IMG/VR virus record: IMGVR_UViG_3300032285_004008
Direction: 5' to 3' (one strand)
Length of the DNA stretch: 64,000 nt
From: a virus
The notes beneath the pieces were generated by a model that worked only from the letters and a program-made list of their open reading frames with translations, did not search any database and was not told where the DNA came from. Shown in pieces: positions 1 through 10,739 of this stretch (positions within the stretch are counted from its first letter, which is position 1; each line of letters begins with the position of its first letter). The position numbers and the translations under genes were made by a program.

Positions 1-49
1 TGATACCAGAGATAACCCGGGAAATACGATATTTAATATATAAAAACAT
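1..49 (-). CDS. 5' end of a gene running off the window edge (MFLYIKYRISRVISGI...)
   Basis: GGAG Shine-Dalgarno at 61-64 (minus strand), ATG at 49, frame open to position 1; only 16 codons visible. Confidence 0.45.
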   Translation of the reverse strand, partial: MFLYIKYRISRVISGI

Positions 50-63
50 ATTAATTAAATCTC

Positions 64-297
64 CTATAAAGAAAAATTGCTGTTTGTAGCTCGCCAAACC
101 GATGGAGCATGGTTTTCTTCGACCGCAAGCTTGATGGTAGGGTCTTCATATAGACGCAAGATGTGGATACAAGGATCTGACTCTTCAAATTCCGAGTCCT
201 CCTCCGCCGAGGTAGGAAGACCATCATGGGTATAGCAGACAGCTGGACCAACCCACCCTTGAGTAATTCCTTCTTGCAGCCAAATATCAAAATCCAT
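64..297 (-). CDS. hypothetical phage protein (CxTHDG...DPCxH motif)
   Basis: ORF 64..324; likely start is the ATG at 297 (MDFDIW), preceded by AGGAG. Confidence 0.7.
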   Translation of the reverse strand: MDFDIWLQEGITQGWVGPAVCYTHDGLPTSAEEDSEFEESDPCIHILRLYEDPTIKLAVEENHAPSVWRATNSNFSL

Positions 298-307
298 TTG
301 CTCTCCT

Positions 308-351
308 AAAATTAAACCCTCCACCTATAATAAGGCAGAGGGTCTAATTTT
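308..351 (-). terminator. probable intrinsic terminator or hairpin
   Basis: minus-strand RNA folds into a 19-bp stem with three G-U pairs, ending in a U run, just after the 362..646 gene. Confidence 0.65.
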
Positions 352-361
352 TCAAATCTAA

Positions 362-646
362 TTACTGATATTTTTCCTCTTCAGGAACGGTTTCACCAAG
401 TCCATCAGCAGTTCCCTTAGGATCTTTGATGTTGAAGGCAGCATTGATCTCATCTTCGGTCAACTTACCATCATCAATAAAGGCACGAGCTAGACGCTCA
501 ACAACAGCTGCAACAGCACCAGCACCAGCCATAAGGGCAGACTGAGCAATGCTAACGCCAACAATCGATCCAGTACCGATGGTAGCTAGAGCGGTGGCAA
601 TAAATACCGCAATGATGCGGTATAGGATGTCTAATACAATTTTCAT
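362..646 (-). CDS. small membrane protein, possibly holin-like
   Basis: two hydrophobic segments followed by an acidic tail; GGAG RBS. Confidence 0.6.
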   Translation of the reverse strand: MKIVLDILYRIIAVFIATALATIGTGSIVGVSIAQSALMAGAGAVAAVVERLARAFIDDGKLTEDEINAAFNIKDPKGTADGLGETVPEEEKYQ

Positions 647-713
647 AGTTCTCCCAGGAGTAGAGGTTAGTTATATAAGCCTCTCTCCCAAGGGCTATGC
701 ATTTATTGTACCA

Positions 714-1019
714 TTATTGTCTATTTTTGACTTTACCATTGCGGAGCATACGGCGTCTGTCCCCCTGGGTAGTACCTCCCCAGATCCCCTGGGTATCTGG
801 ATTCTTTAAGGCATATGCCAAGCATTGTAGAGTAAAGGGGCAACTAGCGCATATAGCCTTAGCCTCCCGCTCATTAGAGTAAAACTCAAACCTAGTTATA
901 GTACCCTCTAAGTGGTCAACGGGAAAGAAGATATCTGGATCAATCTCAGCGCATAAAGGAATGCCATCATCTATAAAATCTGGAAAACCCTCTAGATATC
1001 CAATACCGTTAAAATCCAT
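714..1019 (-). CDS. whiB: WhiB-family Fe-S transcription factor
   Basis: C..DPDIFFP...AKAICxxCP...C and GIWGG motifs. Confidence 0.92.
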   Translation of the reverse strand: MDFNGIGYLEGFPDFIDDGIPLCAEIDPDIFFPVDHLEGTITRFEFYSNEREAKAICASCPFTLQCLAYALKNPDTQGIWGGTTQGDRRRMLRNGKVKNRQ

Positions 1020-1041
1020 CCTAGGCCTTCCTAATACATAT

Positions 1042-1227
1042 TTACTTATTCGTATGCTGAAATCCAGATCCCTTAAAAGTTATCGGTGGAGCACTGAATA
1101 CTCTCAATAGTTTACCTTCACAACCCTCTTCAATGCAAGTTGTTCTAGTGGAAGATTCGGTAATGCTCCTGATTTCCACATACCTGTGCTCAGGATTGAT
1201 ATCACATTTAAATTCATAAGTAGGCAT
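1042..1227 (-). CDS. FmdB-family zinc-ribbon protein
   Basis: MPTYEFKC...C....C...RVFSAPPITFKGSGF signature. Confidence 0.8.
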   Translation of the reverse strand: MPTYEFKCDINPEHRYVEIRSITESSTRTTCIEEGCEGKLLRVFSAPPITFKGSGFQHTNK

Positions 1228-1246
1228 ATATCAATCCTATAGGGTA

Positions 1247-1275
1247 AAAGAAAACCCCTCCGAAGAGGGGCTTTC
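1247..1275 (-). terminator. intrinsic terminator after nrdF
   Basis: GAAAGCCCCUC-UUCG-GAGGGGUUUUC followed by UUUU. Confidence 0.85.
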
Positions 1276-1284
1276 AACTTAGAA

Positions 1285-2256
<972 letters not shown>

Positions 2257-4374
2257 TTATAGCATGCAAGAAACGCAACCCTCGACGTCAGTGCCGTCAA
2301 GAGCCATCTGGCGGATACGAATGTAATAAATAGTTTTAATGCCCTTCTTCCATGCATAAATCTGGGCTCGGTTGACATCGCGAGTGGTTGCGGTGTCCTT
2401 GAAGAACAAGGTCAGCGACAGGCCTTGGTCGACGTGCTGGGTGGCAGCCGCGTAGGTGTCGATGATCTTCTCAGGGCCGATCTCATAGGCATCATCGTAA
2501 TACTCAAGATTCTCATTAGTTAAGTAAGGAGCTGGGTAGTAAACACGACCAAGCTTTCCTTCTTTACGAATTTCAATCTTTGAAGCAATTGGGTGGATCG
2601 ACGAGGTCGAGTTGTTGATGTACGAGATTGAACCGGTAGGAGGCACAGCCTGGAGGTTCTGGTTGTAGATACCAAAAGCCTGTACAGACTCTGAAAGCTC
2701 TTCCCAATCCCTTTGAGTAGGAATATTGATACCAGCATTCTTAAAGATATTTGCTACCTTCTCGGTCTGAGGCTTCCATTCCTGATCAATATACTTCTTA
2801 AAGAACTCACCTGAAGCATACTTTGACTTCTCAAAGTTATGGAACCATTCGCGCTTTTCAATAGCAATCTTGTTAGATGCCTTTAGTGCGTGGAACAAAA
2901 CGGTGTAGAAGTAAATGTTGGTGAAGTCGATACCTTCTTCTGAGCCATAGTGGATACGCTCCTTACCTAGATACCCATGCAGGTTCATCTGACCAAGACC
3001 AATCGCGTGGGCACGCTTATTGCCTTCAGCAATAGATGGAACAGACTCGATGTAGCTGAGGTCAGATACAGCAGTCAAAGCACGTACAGCAGTCTCGATG
3101 GTCTTACTAAAGTCCTTAGACTCCATAGCCTTAGCAATGTTTAGAGATGCAAGGTTGCAAGAAATATCACTACCAATCTCCTCATAACCCAAATCAGCCT
3201 TAAATGTAGATGGAGTATTGACCTGGAGGATCTCCGAGCAGAGGTTCGACATGTTGATGCGACCCTCGATTGGATTTGCGTTGTTCACGGTGTCCTCATA
3301 CATAATGTATGGGTAGCCCGACTCAAACTGAAGCTCAGCGATACGCTCGAATAGTACACGTGCCTTGATCTTGGTCTTCTTGATGCGAGCATCGTCAACC
3401 ATTTCCTGATACTTCTCAGTTACAGAGATGTCGCCAAACGGAACACCGTACACACTCTCAACGTCGTATGGCGAGAATAGGTACATATCAGCATTCTCTT
3501 TTGCTAATTCAAGCGTAATATCCGGAATTACGATACCAATAGATAGAGTCTTAATACGAGTTTTCTCATCGGCATTCTCACGCTTAGTGTCTAAGAAACG
3601 AAGAATATCTGGGTGGTGAGCATTCAGGTAAACCGCACCAGCACCCTGACGAGCGCCAAGCTGATTTGCATAACTAAAAGCATCCTCTAGAAGTTTCATG
3701 ACAGGAATAATTCCAGATGACTGATTCTCTATTTTTTTAATAGGAGCACCAAGCTCACGTAGGTTACTTAGATTAAGTGCAACACCACCACCACGCTTTG
3801 AAAGCTGTAGCGCCGAGTTGATGCCTCGAGAAATTGACTCCATGTTGTCTTCGATGCGCAGTAGGAAGCATGAAACAAATTCGCCACGCTGCTTCTTGCC
3901 AGAGTTCAAGAAGGTTGGAGTAGCAGGCTGGAAACGACCAGAAATAATCTCATCAATAATATTTAGAACTTGAGCCTCATCACCGCATGCAAGAGTCAAA
4001 GCATTCATAACTACACGGTCTTCAAAACGCTCCAGGTAGCGAGTGCCGTCGAAGGTCTTCAGTGCGTACGAGGTATAGAACTTGTAAGCACCAAGAAAAG
4101 CATCAAAACGGAACTTATAAGCATAGGCAGCCTGGAAGGCAGACTTAATAAACTCAGGAGAATACTGATTTAGTACTTCTGATTCATAATAGTCGTGCTC
4201 TACTAGATAGGCTAGTTTTTCTTCAAGCGTGTGGAAAAACACGGTATTTTGATTTACATGATCTAAAAAATAGGCACGAGCAGCTTCTTTATCCTTATCG
4301 AACTGAATCTTACCCTCTGAATCGTAAAGATTCAGCATTGCATTCAGTTCGTGGTAGCTGTATTTGTTTTCCAT
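2257..4374 (-). CDS. nrdE: class Ib ribonucleotide reductase alpha subunit
   Basis: [33 protein letters not shown] and C-terminal CVSC. Confidence 0.97.
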   Translation of the reverse strand: MENKYSYHELNAMLNLYDSEGKIQFDKDKEAARAYFLDHVNQNTVFFHTLEEKLAYLVEHDYYESEVLNQYSPEFIKSAFQAAYAYKFRFDAFLGAYKFYTSYALKTFDGTRYLERFEDRVVMNALTLACGDEAQVLNIIDEIISGRFQPATPTFLNSGKKQRGEFVSCFLLRIEDNMESISRGINSALQLSKRGGGVALNLSNLRELGAPIKKIENQSSGIIPVMKLLEDAFSYANQLGARQGAGAVYLNAHHPDILRFLDTKRENADEKTRIKTLSIGIVIPDITLELAKENADMYLFSPYDVESVYGVPFGDISVTEKYQEMVDDARIKKTKIKARVLFERIAELQFESGYPYIMYEDTVNNANPIEGRINMSNLCSEILQVNTPSTFKADLGYEEIGSDISCNLASLNIAKAMESKDFSKTIETAVRALTAVSDLSYIESVPSIAEGNKRAHAIGLGQMNLHGYLGKERIHYGSEEGIDFTNIYFYTVLFHALKASNKIAIEKREWFHNFEKSKYASGEFFKKYIDQEWKPQTEKVANIFKNAGINIPTQRDWEELSESVQAFGIYNQNLQAVPPTGSISYINNSTSSIHPIASKIEIRKEGKLGRVYYPAPYLTNENLEYYDDAYEIGPEKIIDTYAAATQHVDQGLSLTLFFKDTATTRDVNRAQIYAWKKGIKTIYYIRIRQMALDGTDVEGCVSCML

Positions 4375-4769
4375 AGCTGCTCTAGCCTCTCGGTAATTTG
4401 TTCGATATCTTCTGGCGTTCCTAATATTTCTGCACGATATAGCAACGGAACGCCCGTCTTAGCTACAACGACATCCGCGGCTAAGCAATAGTGTTCACCA
4501 AAATTGGTGTTACCAGTACCGATTACCCCGCGAATAAGGTCTCTATTTTGTTGCAAATTTAAAAATTTAACTACTTGACGTGGAACTGCTTTTTCATACT
4601 CTCCACCACCATATGTAGGAAGAATTAAAACATATTCACGTTCGGTAAGCAGAGGTTTTTCTGCGTCCCATTTGAGGGGGATCTGTACAAGAGTTGTTAG
4701 AGAAGAAAATTTCTCTGCAAATCGTTTTGTATTCCCGGAGGCGCTAGAGAAATAGACGATGTCGTACAT
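4344..4769 (-). CDS. nrdI: flavodoxin NrdI
   Basis: [24 protein letters not shown] motifs; position in operon. Confidence 0.95.
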   Translation of the reverse strand: MYDIVYFSSASGNTKRFAEKFSSLTTLVQIPLKWDAEKPLLTEREYVLILPTYGGGEYEKAVPRQVVKFLNLQQNRDLIRGVIGTGNTNFGEHYCLAADVVVAKTGVPLLYRAEILGTPEDIEQITERLEQLWKTNTATTN

Positions 4770-4784
4770 AACATCAGCCTACTA

Positions 4785-5012
4785 CTAGTTGGTTGATAAA
4801 GCGCCTAGTTTGTCAGGACGGAAGCCTGACCAGTGGTCGTCGCCAGCGAATACAATAGGGGCAGCCTGATACCCAAGAGTCTTAACCATCTCATACGCAG
4901 TCTCATCTTGACTAAGGTCGACAACAGAATATTCAATGTTATTTTTATCTAGAACCTTTTTAGTACTCTCGCACTGGACGCAAGATGGGAGTGTATAAAC
5001 GGTTACAGACAT
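4785..5012 (-). CDS. nrdH: NrdH redoxin
   Basis: CVQC active site and WSGFRPD motif. Confidence 0.96.
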   Translation of the reverse strand: MSVTVYTLPSCVQCESTKKVLDKNNIEYSVVDLSQDETAYEMVKTLGYQAAPIVFAGDDHWSGFRPDKLGALSTN

Positions 5013-5131
5013 AGCATGGGCCTTTCAGGCATCGAATTATAAGCCAAAACCTGACGATTTATCCAAAAATATCTGGTTCGTCAGGAGGTGGATTACTAGT
5101 ATAAATCAAAAATTGACTAGCGATTTTTTCA

Positions 5132-5362
5132 CTAAAAGAATGATACTTCTTCTACTATTTCTTTGCAAATCGGGCATATTTTTAATCGCTCAGGATTTTT
5201 TGAAGGTATAAAAATTTTTCCACATAGTGCTTGAACAGGAGTCCCCATAACATAGCCCTCTGTAACAGAGGCAGCTTCAGCATAGTGAGCAAGTTCATTA
5301 TTATCATTCGAATCAGTTTGCTGATTTAGATCAGTATCTATTAGATCTAAAACCTGAGTCAT
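5132..5362 (-). CDS. DUF3039-family protein
   Basis: HY...GTPVQALCGK..P..NP....ICPICKEI pattern typical of this actinobacterial family. Confidence 0.8.
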   Translation of the reverse strand: MTQVLDLIDTDLNQQTDSNDNNELAHYAEAASVTEGYVMGTPVQALCGKIFIPSKNPERLKICPICKEIVEEVSFF

Positions 5363-6312
5363 ACTTCCTCCAATAAATTCATTACAGTAGATTTAGGAAT
5401 TATAGCTAGGTGACTGCTTAAATCATTAATCCCATAAGAAATAATAAAGTCATTATCTTTTTCAACTAATCCAGCTGCAAACTCAATGCCACTAATCTCA
5501 AACTGAAACTCGGGGGTGAGAGAAATAATATCCCCCATGGAGTTATATCTAACAAATTGGTGAGTATAAAATTTCTGTTTACCTGCTTGCACAGCGAAAG
5601 TTCTAATGCTTTGATACGTGACATTTTTTATATATAGCATATGAACTACAGCTAGATAGGTACCATCACCAAGATCATGTAAGTTAGTGTTGCCTCTAAG
5701 GCCACTTAATTTTTTATTTGAATTAAATTTATTTATAAGAATGTTTTCTTTAATAATCCCAGTTGGACCATAAATATAGTCAAAATTTGGATTGGGTTCG
5801 TAAGGTGCCATCCAATTTTTCTCTGGTTTAGCATACTCCGGACCATCATATTTTTTTACTAAAGTAGCTAGATTACTTTTATGGTCATACCTGTATAAAG
5901 CCACGCGAGCAACCGGGGTGTGGGACTTTTCCATCATAATTCCAGTAAAGTGCCAAGATCCATCTCTCCAAAAAAGCTTGGCATCTTCAATCCCACGTTC
6001 TAACTTATAGTCAGATTTTTCAAATTCAATTTGACGCAGGTTCTGTATATTTAAATCTTTATCTAGTTCAGCAAACCAAACTTGATTTTTAATCTCTCCC
6101 TGATTAGTTACCTCTAGATAGCCAGTATCTAGGTAGATAACATAATTACTAGAACGAATAGTCAAGGCATACCCTTCTACTGGAGAGTATGCAATCGAAG
6201 GGTTAAAGGCAGACCATGTTTTTATCTCTGGATCTACTAATCTACGTATTTGTCTAGTAGTTCCACCTAATTTTTTAATATTAGGGTATGATTGTTTGAT
6301 TTTATTTTTCAT
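5359..6312 (-). CDS. five-bladed beta-propeller, glycosidase/GH130-like
   Basis: FNPSI, GIEDAKLF, EKNW, LRG and IEFAAGL..ISYG motifs. Confidence 0.6.
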   Translation of the reverse strand: MKNKIKQSYPNIKKLGGTTRQIRRLVDPEIKTWSAFNPSIAYSPVEGYALTIRSSNYVIYLDTGYLEVTNQGEIKNQVWFAELDKDLNIQNLRQIEFEKSDYKLERGIEDAKLFWRDGSWHFTGIMMEKSHTPVARVALYRYDHKSNLATLVKKYDGPEYAKPEKNWMAPYEPNPNFDYIYGPTGIIKENILINKFNSNKKLSGLRGNTNLHDLGDGTYLAVVHMLYIKNVTYQSIRTFAVQAGKQKFYTHQFVRYNSMGDIISLTPEFQFEISGIEFAAGLVEKDNDFIISYGINDLSSHLAIIPKSTVMNLLEEV

Positions 6313-7118
6313 ACGTAAAGCACCGATGGATAACGATCTATAACTTTAGAAATTTTTTTTGCAACTACAAATAAATTATCTCCCATATCAGCCAAGTTTA
6401 AATCATATCCAGCAGCCTTTAAACGCTCTAGATCTTCCAGCACGGGCTTTTCAAAGGTATTCTCGGTCCAAATATCAACTTGAAATCCAGCAGCTTCTAG
6501 AACTGTTTTAAGGGTTCTTTTACTGTATTCATAGTTGTGACGATATCGACTACCATCCTTATGGTATTGCATATAGAAATAGGGCTCATACCCCCTGAGA
6601 ATCTTCCAAACCCCCTGAGTACTACAAACATTTGGCGTAGTTAAAACTAAGACTCCACCCTCTTTTAGAACTCTATTAATTTCTGAAAGCATATACATAG
6701 GGTCAGAATCTAAATGCTCTAATACCTCAGAGCACAACACGGAATCGTAAAAAGAATCTTCAATAGGTAAGGGCATGGTCTCAAGGTCTACAGCCATATA
6801 GTTAGTTTCGATACTGAAGGTACCCAAAGATAGTGGCATAGTCCCAGTAGTTGGCATATCTAAATCAAAATGGGTCACATCCACTTGTAAGCCAGGGATT
6901 AGATTATTTAAGGCTAACGGAATAATTGAGCTAGTCCCCATTTCTAGCATTTTACTTCCAAGATTCTGATTTAACAAAACCTCTAAAGTCTTGCTATAGC
7001 GTACCTCATGAGAGGCGTGATATTCTTCATCAGAACCATATTTAGAATCTTGTTTTAAAAGTATTTTTAAAACACTAGAAACATGCTCTCTTACCCCAAC
7101 ATCTTGTGGTGAATTCAT
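6309..7118 (-). CDS. class I SAM-dependent methyltransferase
   Basis: MLEMGT motif I, YDSVLCSEVLEHL, RVLKEGGVLVLTTPN. Confidence 0.85.
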   Translation of the reverse strand: MNSPQDVGVREHVSSVLKILLKQDSKYGSDEEYHASHEVRYSKTLEVLLNQNLGSKMLEMGTSSIIPLALNNLIPGLQVDVTHFDLDMPTTGTMPLSLGTFSIETNYMAVDLETMPLPIEDSFYDSVLCSEVLEHLDSDPMYMLSEINRVLKEGGVLVLTTPNVCSTQGVWKILRGYEPYFYMQYHKDGSRYRHNYEYSKRTLKTVLEAAGFQVDIWTENTFEKPVLEDLERLKAAGYDLNLADMGDNLFVVAKKISKVIDRYPSVLYV

Positions 7119-7210
7119 CTATAATCCCTAAATATGCCGCTAAGAGGCCCATCTTACCATACTGCAAATGATGTAAAATAAGTATTGACTGTATCTCCCG
7201 AAAGTGCGTA

Positions 7211-7573
7211 ATGAGTACACCTGCTGGTCTTTATAACATCATAGCCGATCAGGGCTCTACTTTTTCACGCACAATCGTATGGCGAGATCCAGCCAAAAAA
7301 CCAATCCTGATGGAAGGCTACAAAGCCCGAATGCATGTCAGAAAATCAGTGGATGACGCCGATACAGTCCTCGTACTCACTACTGAAAACGGTAGAATTA
7401 GCCTGCACCGAACCAATGGTCAGATTACTTTAACTGTAGATGACAGCATAATGGCTGATATTCCTGAAGACAAGTACGTATATGACCTAGAGCTCATCGG
7501 CCCTAGTGCAAACCTGTACGTATACAAACTACTAACAGGCAACTTTGTTGTCCGAGCAGAGGTGACTAGATAA
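7211..7573 (+). CDS. virion adaptor / baseplate-upper-like small protein (paralogue of 27647..28012)
   Basis: DQGSTF...LTTENG.I...YVYDLE...GNF.VR.EVT pattern; first gene of a fibre operon. Confidence 0.65.
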   Translation: MSTPAGLYNIIADQGSTFSRTIVWRDPAKKPILMEGYKARMHVRKSVDDADTVLVLTTENGRISLHRTNGQITLTVDDSIMADIPEDKYVYDLELIGPSANLYVYKLLTGNFVVRAEVTR

Positions 7574-7890
7574 TGGCCGGAGACGTCCCAAGTAGTGTTG
7601 CTACTGGTAAATATGTCCGTCAAATTGTAGTAACCGCCCCCGGACCTCAAGGCCCTGGCGGAGTTGACGGAATTCAAGCCAGTCAAATTGTAGATTTGGT
7701 TTCATACAAGCACACCCAAAACAGCCCACTAGCTGTCTGGACAGTAGTTCATAACTTAAACTTCTTCCCGAACGTCACCGTTTTTGATAGCGGAGAGTCT
7801 CAGGTAGAGGGATCAGTGACACATATCGACGAAACCCGCTTAACTATATCTTTTTCATCAGCAATTGCTGGAAAAGCTCATCTCTCATAA
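7573..7890 (+). CDS. small virion structural protein
   Basis: short GPQGP stretch, then HTQ...WTVVHNL..FPNV domain; translationally coupled to the previous gene. Confidence 0.6.
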   Translation: MAGDVPSSVATGKYVRQIVVTAPGPQGPGGVDGIQASQIVDLVSYKHTQNSPLAVWTVVHNLNFFPNVTVFDSGESQVEGSVTHIDETRLTISFSSAIAGKAHLS

Positions 7891-7900
7891 GGAAAATTAA

Positions 7901-10264
7901 ATGTCACGTCAATTCCTAACGGGGCTCAATCTTAATAAGAATGAGCTACAAAATGCCAGAATTCAAAACCTAGCTACCGCCCCGTCATCTCCTGTAGCAG
8001 GTCAAATTTATTTTGATACTACCCATCACCACCTTCGCCAATGGGACGGCTCTCAATGGCTAACTTATGCCTCACTAGCTGAGCTACAGACAGCCCTAAC
8101 CACAGGCACTCAGACTAACATCAGCGTTACCTATGATGCAGGTAGTGGTGTCTACAACTTTGTGGCTGAAAACGGCGTTGCTGACTCAACTACTGATGAT
8201 CTAGAAGAAGGCACTACTAACCTATACTTCACCAACCAGCGTGCAATCGATGCCGTTGGCGGTTCTGCTACCTCAGCAAATACTCCTAATACTGTTGTAA
8301 AGCGCGGAACATCTGGCGAATTTGCTGCTGGAACCATTACTACCAATGCTGTCTCTTCAGAGGCAGGAGATGCCTTCACCCTAACTGGTAGCACCAGCGT
8401 AGATATTACTGCAAATAATGGATATGTAGGCCTTAATGTAACTGACGGTGCTTATGTTAACGAAGACGAGATTGTCACTAGAACTGCATCTCAGACTCTA
8501 ACCAATAAGACTCTAGATACAGCTACCCTCAAGGGTCGTATTTCTCTAACTGACTCTGGCAACACCGAGACCGCCTACATCGAGCACTCATATACAGGTA
8601 CTACCAGAATTGTTTCTGGCGATGACTTTGCTATCCGCTCTACTGATGGTGACATCATCCTTTATCCAGGAAATGACAATGGCGGAACTGGTCGTGCATA
8701 CGTCCACTGGGGTAATGATGCTACTGGTGCTGGCCTTGGTAATGAAATCCTTACCAGAGATGCATCTCAGGTAATTACTAACAAGACTGTAAACGATGAG
8801 TTGTACTTCACAAACCCATCTACCTACCCTACCGTTGATGGTGGAATCAAGGTAAATGACTCTACCGAAGTCCTCGAGATCCACGGATACACTACAGGCA
8901 TCGAGCTTCTAACAGCTAATGGAGATATTACTCTTTCTCCAGATGCTAACGTACACGTTAATTCAAGCGTAATTGCCACCAATAACCTATACGGTCGTCT
9001 AGGTATTTTTGGTGGTCCAGACAATGACAATGATGGTGGCCTATATGTCTACAAGGTAGGCGGAGGAGAGACCTTCTCTGTAGATGCAAGTGCAGATACT
9101 GCCATCGTTCACGGCTCGCTACAGATTGCAGCTCCTGGAGCTGGCTACTCTGTAATCGGAATCAGCGAAGACGGTAGCGGTAACGGTATCATCAACGGTT
9201 GGAACAACAACCTTATCCTTACCTCAGATAATGGTGCTCATGGCGTGTATCTAGGAAGCGTAGCTAACGATAACCGCGTAGTTACTCAGGGTGCAAACCA
9301 GTACCTAAATAACAAGACACTTGGTGTAGGTACAGTCCTAGGCGATAACCTAGATGCTGATGGCTACAAGATTATTAATCTTGCTACTCCGACTGATCCT
9401 AATGATGCAGCTACCAAGGCATATGTTGACAACGCAACTGCAGGTCTAACCTGGAAGAACGCTGTAGACCTTCTATGGGATGACTCTAATGCAGGTCTGA
9501 CCGGAGATACCGGAACTCTAGTAATTGATGGACACACTGCCCTAAACACCAGCCACGTCGGTTACCGCATTCTCATTACCAGTGGCACAAACGCAGGTAT
9601 CTGGAGCTACGCTGATGATGGCGATGTTTGGACCCTTTCTCGTGCAACTGATGCTGATGCTTTCGCTGAGCTAAAGGGTGCAACCGTATTCGTCGAGGAA
9701 GGCGAAACTTACGGACAGTCAGCTTGGACTCAGGCTAACCACTACATTGCTGATTTTACTGGACAAGACTGGGTACAGTTCTCTGGTGGTTCTCAGATTA
9801 TTGCTGGTGCAGGTCTAACTAAGTCTGGGAATCAACTTGATGCAGTTGGTACTGCTGATAGAATCACCGTAAATTCTGACAGTATTGACATTGCTTCTAC
9901 CTATGTAGGTCAAGAATCAATCACTACTCTCGGTACAATCACCACTGGTGAATGGAATGGTACAACCATTGCTGTAGCTGACGGTGGTACTGGAGCAACT
10001 ACTGCTGCTGGTGCACGTGAAAACCTTGGTGCAACTACTAAGTACGCTGCAAATAACCCTGCACTTACTGCCGTGTCTGGCAGCGTTTCATGGGTAGTTA
10101 GCCACAATCTAGGAACTGAAGACGTAATTGTTCAGCTAAAAGATATAAGTACTAAGGAATTAGTAGAAGTTGATGTTGACATCACTAGCACAAATACAGT
10201 TACCCTTTCATGGGTTTCTAGTAACGTTGCTGATGACTCATTCCGCGTTGTTGTTGTAGGCTAG
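7901..10264 (+). CDS. fibre/decoration protein, 787 aa
   Basis: Thr/Gly/Asp-rich; QTLTNKTL, DAATKAYVD and GGTGATTAAGARENLG fibre motifs; AAGGA RBS. Confidence 0.7.
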   Translation: MSRQFLTGLNLNKNELQNARIQNLATAPSSPVAGQIYFDTTHHHLRQWDGSQWLTYASLAELQTALTTGTQTNISVTYDAGSGVYNFVAENGVADSTTDDLEEGTTNLYFTNQRAIDAVGGSATSANTPNTVVKRGTSGEFAAGTITTNAVSSEAGDAFTLTGSTSVDITANNGYVGLNVTDGAYVNEDEIVTRTASQTLTNKTLDTATLKGRISLTDSGNTETAYIEHSYTGTTRIVSGDDFAIRSTDGDIILYPGNDNGGTGRAYVHWGNDATGAGLGNEILTRDASQVITNKTVNDELYFTNPSTYPTVDGGIKVNDSTEVLEIHGYTTGIELLTANGDITLSPDANVHVNSSVIATNNLYGRLGIFGGPDNDNDGGLYVYKVGGGETFSVDASADTAIVHGSLQIAAPGAGYSVIGISEDGSGNGIINGWNNNLILTSDNGAHGVYLGSVANDNRVVTQGANQYLNNKTLGVGTVLGDNLDADGYKIINLATPTDPNDAATKAYVDNATAGLTWKNAVDLLWDDSNAGLTGDTGTLVIDGHTALNTSHVGYRILITSGTNAGIWSYADDGDVWTLSRATDADAFAELKGATVFVEEGETYGQSAWTQANHYIADFTGQDWVQFSGGSQIIAGAGLTKSGNQLDAVGTADRITVNSDSIDIASTYVGQESITTLGTITTGEWNGTTIAVADGGTGATTAAGARENLGATTKYAANNPALTAVSGSVSWVVSHNLGTEDVIVQLKDISTKELVEVDVDITSTNTVTLSWVSSNVADDSFRVVVVG

Positions 10265-10289
10265 TTTCACAATATACTAAGGATAAAAC

Positions 10290-10739
10290 TTGTCTAGAAA
10301 GTTTTTAACACCGATAAACCTACCGCATGGGACCACTCTTCCATCGGTAGGTTCATCTGGTGATTTATTTTACAAAACAGACGAGCAAACAGTATATGTA
10401 CATACATCTACGAGATGGATTGCGGCTCAAGGTGGCGGTAGCGGTGGGTACCTATCATCTTTATATGATGTCTCTATAACAGCGCCTATAGAGGGAGACA
10501 TTCTCCTATATAACAGCGCAGACTCTACATGGCAAAATACTTCTCTAGCCGATATTCTATATGGCCCTGTAAGCACAGCCTGGATGAGCCAAGTAATGAC
10601 AAATGTATTAATAGAGACCGGACTATTAAATGGTGATAGCGGATTATACAACGCTCAGCCAACTGGTACAATTGATGGTGGAACCCCGACCACTTCTTAC
10701 CTAATTACCTATGATGGTGGAAACGAAAGTAGCTTCTAA
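10290..10739 (+). CDS. virion structural protein
   Basis: TTG start with AAGGA RBS; LSSLYDV...GDILLYN fibre motif; C-terminal IDGG/YDGG. Confidence 0.6.
   Translation: MSRKFLTPINLPHGTTLPSVGSSGDLFYKTDEQTVYVHTSTRWIAAQGGGSGGYLSSLYDVSITAPIEGDILLYNSADSTWQNTSLADILYGPVSTAWMSQVMTNVLIETGLLNGDSGLYNAQPTGTIDGGTPTTSYLITYDGGNESSF

Noticed and set aside
5060-5078. NrdR box upstream of nrdH
   Set aside because: Only a loose resemblance to the consensus and no tandem second box.
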